Of a stretch of 35,182 nt of DNA, positions 32,484-35,182 are shown piece after piece. The position numbers were made by a program, and so were the translations under genes. The stretch comes from Balamuthia mandrillaris (Eukaryota): positions 372,001 to 407,182 of the forward strand of contig JAVKOQ020000015.1 of NCBI GenBank assembly GCA_031835245.2, given 5' to 3'. Numbering within the stretch: position 1 is the first letter of the stretch; every line of letters starts with the position of its first letter. The notes under the pieces are model-generated. The model was given only the letters and a program-made list of their open reading frames with translations. It was not told the origin of the DNA and searched no databases.

Positions 32484-33340
32484 TCATTGTTGAGGTTGCG
32501 CAACAACGCCAACCTGAGCAGGACGAAGCACACGTTCCTTAAGAGTAAAGCCAGGCAGCTGCACCATCATGACGGTGCCAGGCTCCTTGTTGGGATCCTG
32601 CACCTGGAAGAGGGCATTGTGGAAGTTGGGGTCAAACTTCTCCCCCAGCGGAGAGAACTTCTTGATGCCGTGCCTTCCAAAGGTGTCCAGCAACACCTTC
32701 TCTGTCATGACCACTCCCTCCAACAGCGCATCCAGAACGGCGTTGTTCTCTGCCGTGCGCTTTTCCTCTGAAACACTCTCGATGGCTCGCCTCAAATTGT
32801 CGGCCACATCCAGCAAATCTCCTGCAAACTTTTTGATGCTGTAGTTGGTGGCGTTCTCCACGTCCCGTTTTGTGATTTTGATGAGATTTTGCTGGTCGGC
32901 GAGTGCTCTCAAGTACGCTTCGTGCTTTTCCTTCACCTCGCTCTCCAATTGTGTGACCTTTGCCCGCAGCTCTTCAACGCTGGTTTCTTCCTTTGGGCCA
33001 CCGGCTTCTCCTTCCGGTTGCTCCTGTTTTTGCTGTTCTGTTTCGGTTTTCTGCTGATGCTCCGTGTCTACAGCGTTCGACAACGACAAAAAAAGAAAGA
33101 AAGAAAAAAAAAGAAACAAGGATCAGTGGGTAGTTGAGGAAAAAACAAGAAGTGGGATAAAATAAATAATAAAGTACCTTGCGTGTAGTATCTGTAGGAG
33201 GAGTGGGGAGCGAACGAGGTTCGCTTTCCGCACAACAAAGTGGAGGCGTAGGCGTTGCGCTTCAAAAGAGGGTCCACCAAGCTCATCCGAGGAGAGACGA
33301 CACTCCGCTTCGCCAAAAATCTTCCCAATGAGGTGGTCAT
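32484..33340 (-). CDS. grpE: Mitochondrial GrpE nucleotide exchange factor (Mge1/GRPEL), 2 exons
   Basis: Exons 33340-33178 (Arg/Ser-rich presequence-like) and 33067-32484. Motifs 'LRALAD..N', 'KFAGDLLDVADNL', 'GEKFDPNFHNAL', 'GFTLKERVLRPAQVGV'. Confidence 0.95.
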
Positions 33341-33911
33341 GGTATTTTTTTTAAAAAAAGTCTGAAAAAATAAGAATAAATAAAATAATAAATAAAAGGA
33401 GCTGTAAAGGACGAAGAGTCAGTCAGTGCGTTCACGAGGGCACACCGGAGGCTTCTCCCTGCACGGACAACAAGCACTACTTACTTGAGCGGCGGTGGAA
33501 TCCAGAGGCCCAAGCAACACCCAAAAGTGACAAGTCTTCTTTGGTAGGGTAGGGTTTTTTTTTCTTTTGTTTGAGCCAAAAAAAAAAGGAAAGGAAAGGA
33601 AAAGAGGAGAGGATGAGGAGAATTTTGTTCGCTTTTTGGCGTTTCGAAGAATTCCAGCAAACTACCCCCCAGGCATAGTCACGCTACCACTCCACCTGGC
33701 AGGCAGGCAGGCAGGCAGGCAGCGGTAGTGGTGCCGCACGCTCCCCATTGCTCGAGAGGCAAAAGGAAGGAATGGGGTGGGGTTGGGTTGGGTTGTAGTT
33801 CTTGTTGTGCTATTAAACTAGTGCTGTTGGGCGGAATCTAAAAAAATTTAAAAAAAAAAAGGAAGCGAGATAGGATGGATGGAGAGGGCTGGCTTGGCGG
33901 TAACTAAGCTT

Positions 33912-35182
33912 CTAACTGTCCCACCCGCTGGCGCCCCTCCTTTCTTTCCGGGAAGAGGAACTGCGGTAGTCTCTGTCATCTTTGGAGGGCTTTGGGGAAG
34001 GAGACCGCCTACGTTTCCTTTCTCTCTCTGAGGTACTGTCCCATCTGCTACTCTCTCGGCTGCGACTTCTTCTGTTGTCGTTGTCTGTGGGGCTGTCGTT
34101 CGCTGCACTGCCACCATCACCACCATAGTAAGAGGAAGAGGATCTACGTTGATAGTGCTGCTGCTGTTGCTCTGAATAATCATAACCACCGCCATACCCT
34201 CCTCCCTGTTATAGACACCACAACCAAAGCATCGCATTAGTAATGCTAGTACCCAGATTGGAGGGTATGAGCGGGATACGTACCGCTGCTGAAGAGGAAG
34301 CATAGGACTGGTGATAACTTGCAGGCGGTCCGTAGCTGTATGAACTTTGGGCGGATTGTGCGCTCAACGTGTGGGGAGGCTCCATCGGAGTGGTTACACT
34401 CTCTATGGCTGACTTCATTCTGGCGATAGTGGTTGAACCATAAATGTTGCGCGATTCCCACAACTCCAACAGCTACAAATGAAATAGAAGCAAGTTACGA
34501 CGCCGTATGAGCGAGAGAGAGAGAGAGAGAGAGAGAGAGTCAAATGTGTACCTGTAACACTCTCTGTTGTTGGTCAGGTTGTTGTCCTTGATAAGCTGAG
34601 CGCATGATGAAGACAAGTGGCATCTTGAAAGCTTCGCTCAAGTCATCAAGGGAAGTGGAATCCAATCCAAGCTCTGGTCTCCTTGCCGCTCTGCCATTTA
34701 TTGAAGATAAATAGGGAGTCAACACAAATGACTCTAAATACTCCACACAACCCACAAACGAGGAGAGGAAGTCTTACGCATGATGAAGAGCGTCGCTGAT
34801 GAGGTGAAGTATCACCAATTTTTTCTCAAAAGTTGGTGCACTCTCTACGTGCGATCGCATCACGTTTATGACATCCGCTGCGTTATTCCAATGTTGGAAA
34901 ATCCAATCCTTCCCGCTCTGAGAAGCAAAAAAAAAACCTCATGAGTATTCAGAGAAAGCAGCCCGCGAAAAAGCAACGGGAACATACCTTGATAGAATCC
35001 TTGGTGCCTGTAAGTGAAGATAAGAGGCGTTGAAGGTGAATTTTGTCTTCTGTGGAAAGCGGACCACTTGGGACAGTGGCTTGAGACTATTTTAAGACAA
35101 GATAGTTAGTGATCGCTGTTAACTAGTCCGATATTGCAAGATGTACATACATAGGATGTGGTTTCGGGATGAGATGGAGGTT
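33912..35182 (-). CDS. 3' part of a CID (CTD-interacting) domain protein with RS-rich tail, CHERP/SURP-CID-like; continues beyond the window
   Basis: Spliced exons give 'LSSLTGTKDSIK|SGKDWIF...KKLVILHLISDALHH...RVLQ|LLELWESRNIY' and a last exon 34205-33912 'RRSRSRESSRWD...RKRRRSPSP...GWDS*'. The ORF track largely misses it. Confidence 0.75.

Noticed and set aside
23234..35182. Functional cluster of RNA-metabolism genes (PUF, TOP3B, deaminase, CID protein)
   Set aside because: These are ordinary housekeeping genes interspersed with GrpE, and the deaminase is a free-nucleoside type. There is no evidence of co-regulation beyond adjacency.

Overview
Eukaryotic nuclear DNA with short spliceosomal introns and (CT)n intron tracts; the style suggests an amoebozoan-like protist, but that is inference only. 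The gene-dense flanks encode an R3H-SUZ RNA-binding protein, an intronless bacterial-type NAD-binding/SAF oxidoreductase (horizontal-transfer candidate), an MFS transporter, a double-SCP2 peroxisomal protein, a Puf4-type Pumilio protein divergent from TOP3B, a homodimeric-type cytidine deaminase, mitochondrial GrpE and a partial CHERP-like CID protein. Between about 4.5 and 18 kb lies a transposon island: L1-like fragments, a decayed Ty3/gypsy gag-protease-RT, LTR copies and an inverted mitochondrial-carrier pseudogene, with decay that looks CpG-directed. The two most unusual structures are (i) a two-ORF APE-RT retroelement with open ORFs, capped at both ends by outward-facing 3' tails of a different, L1-like family (83-bp terminal inverted repeats), and (ii) a ~950-bp palindromic composite of three MITE-like units with 154-bp near-perfect arms. 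All calls come from manual reading and translation; no database searches were run.
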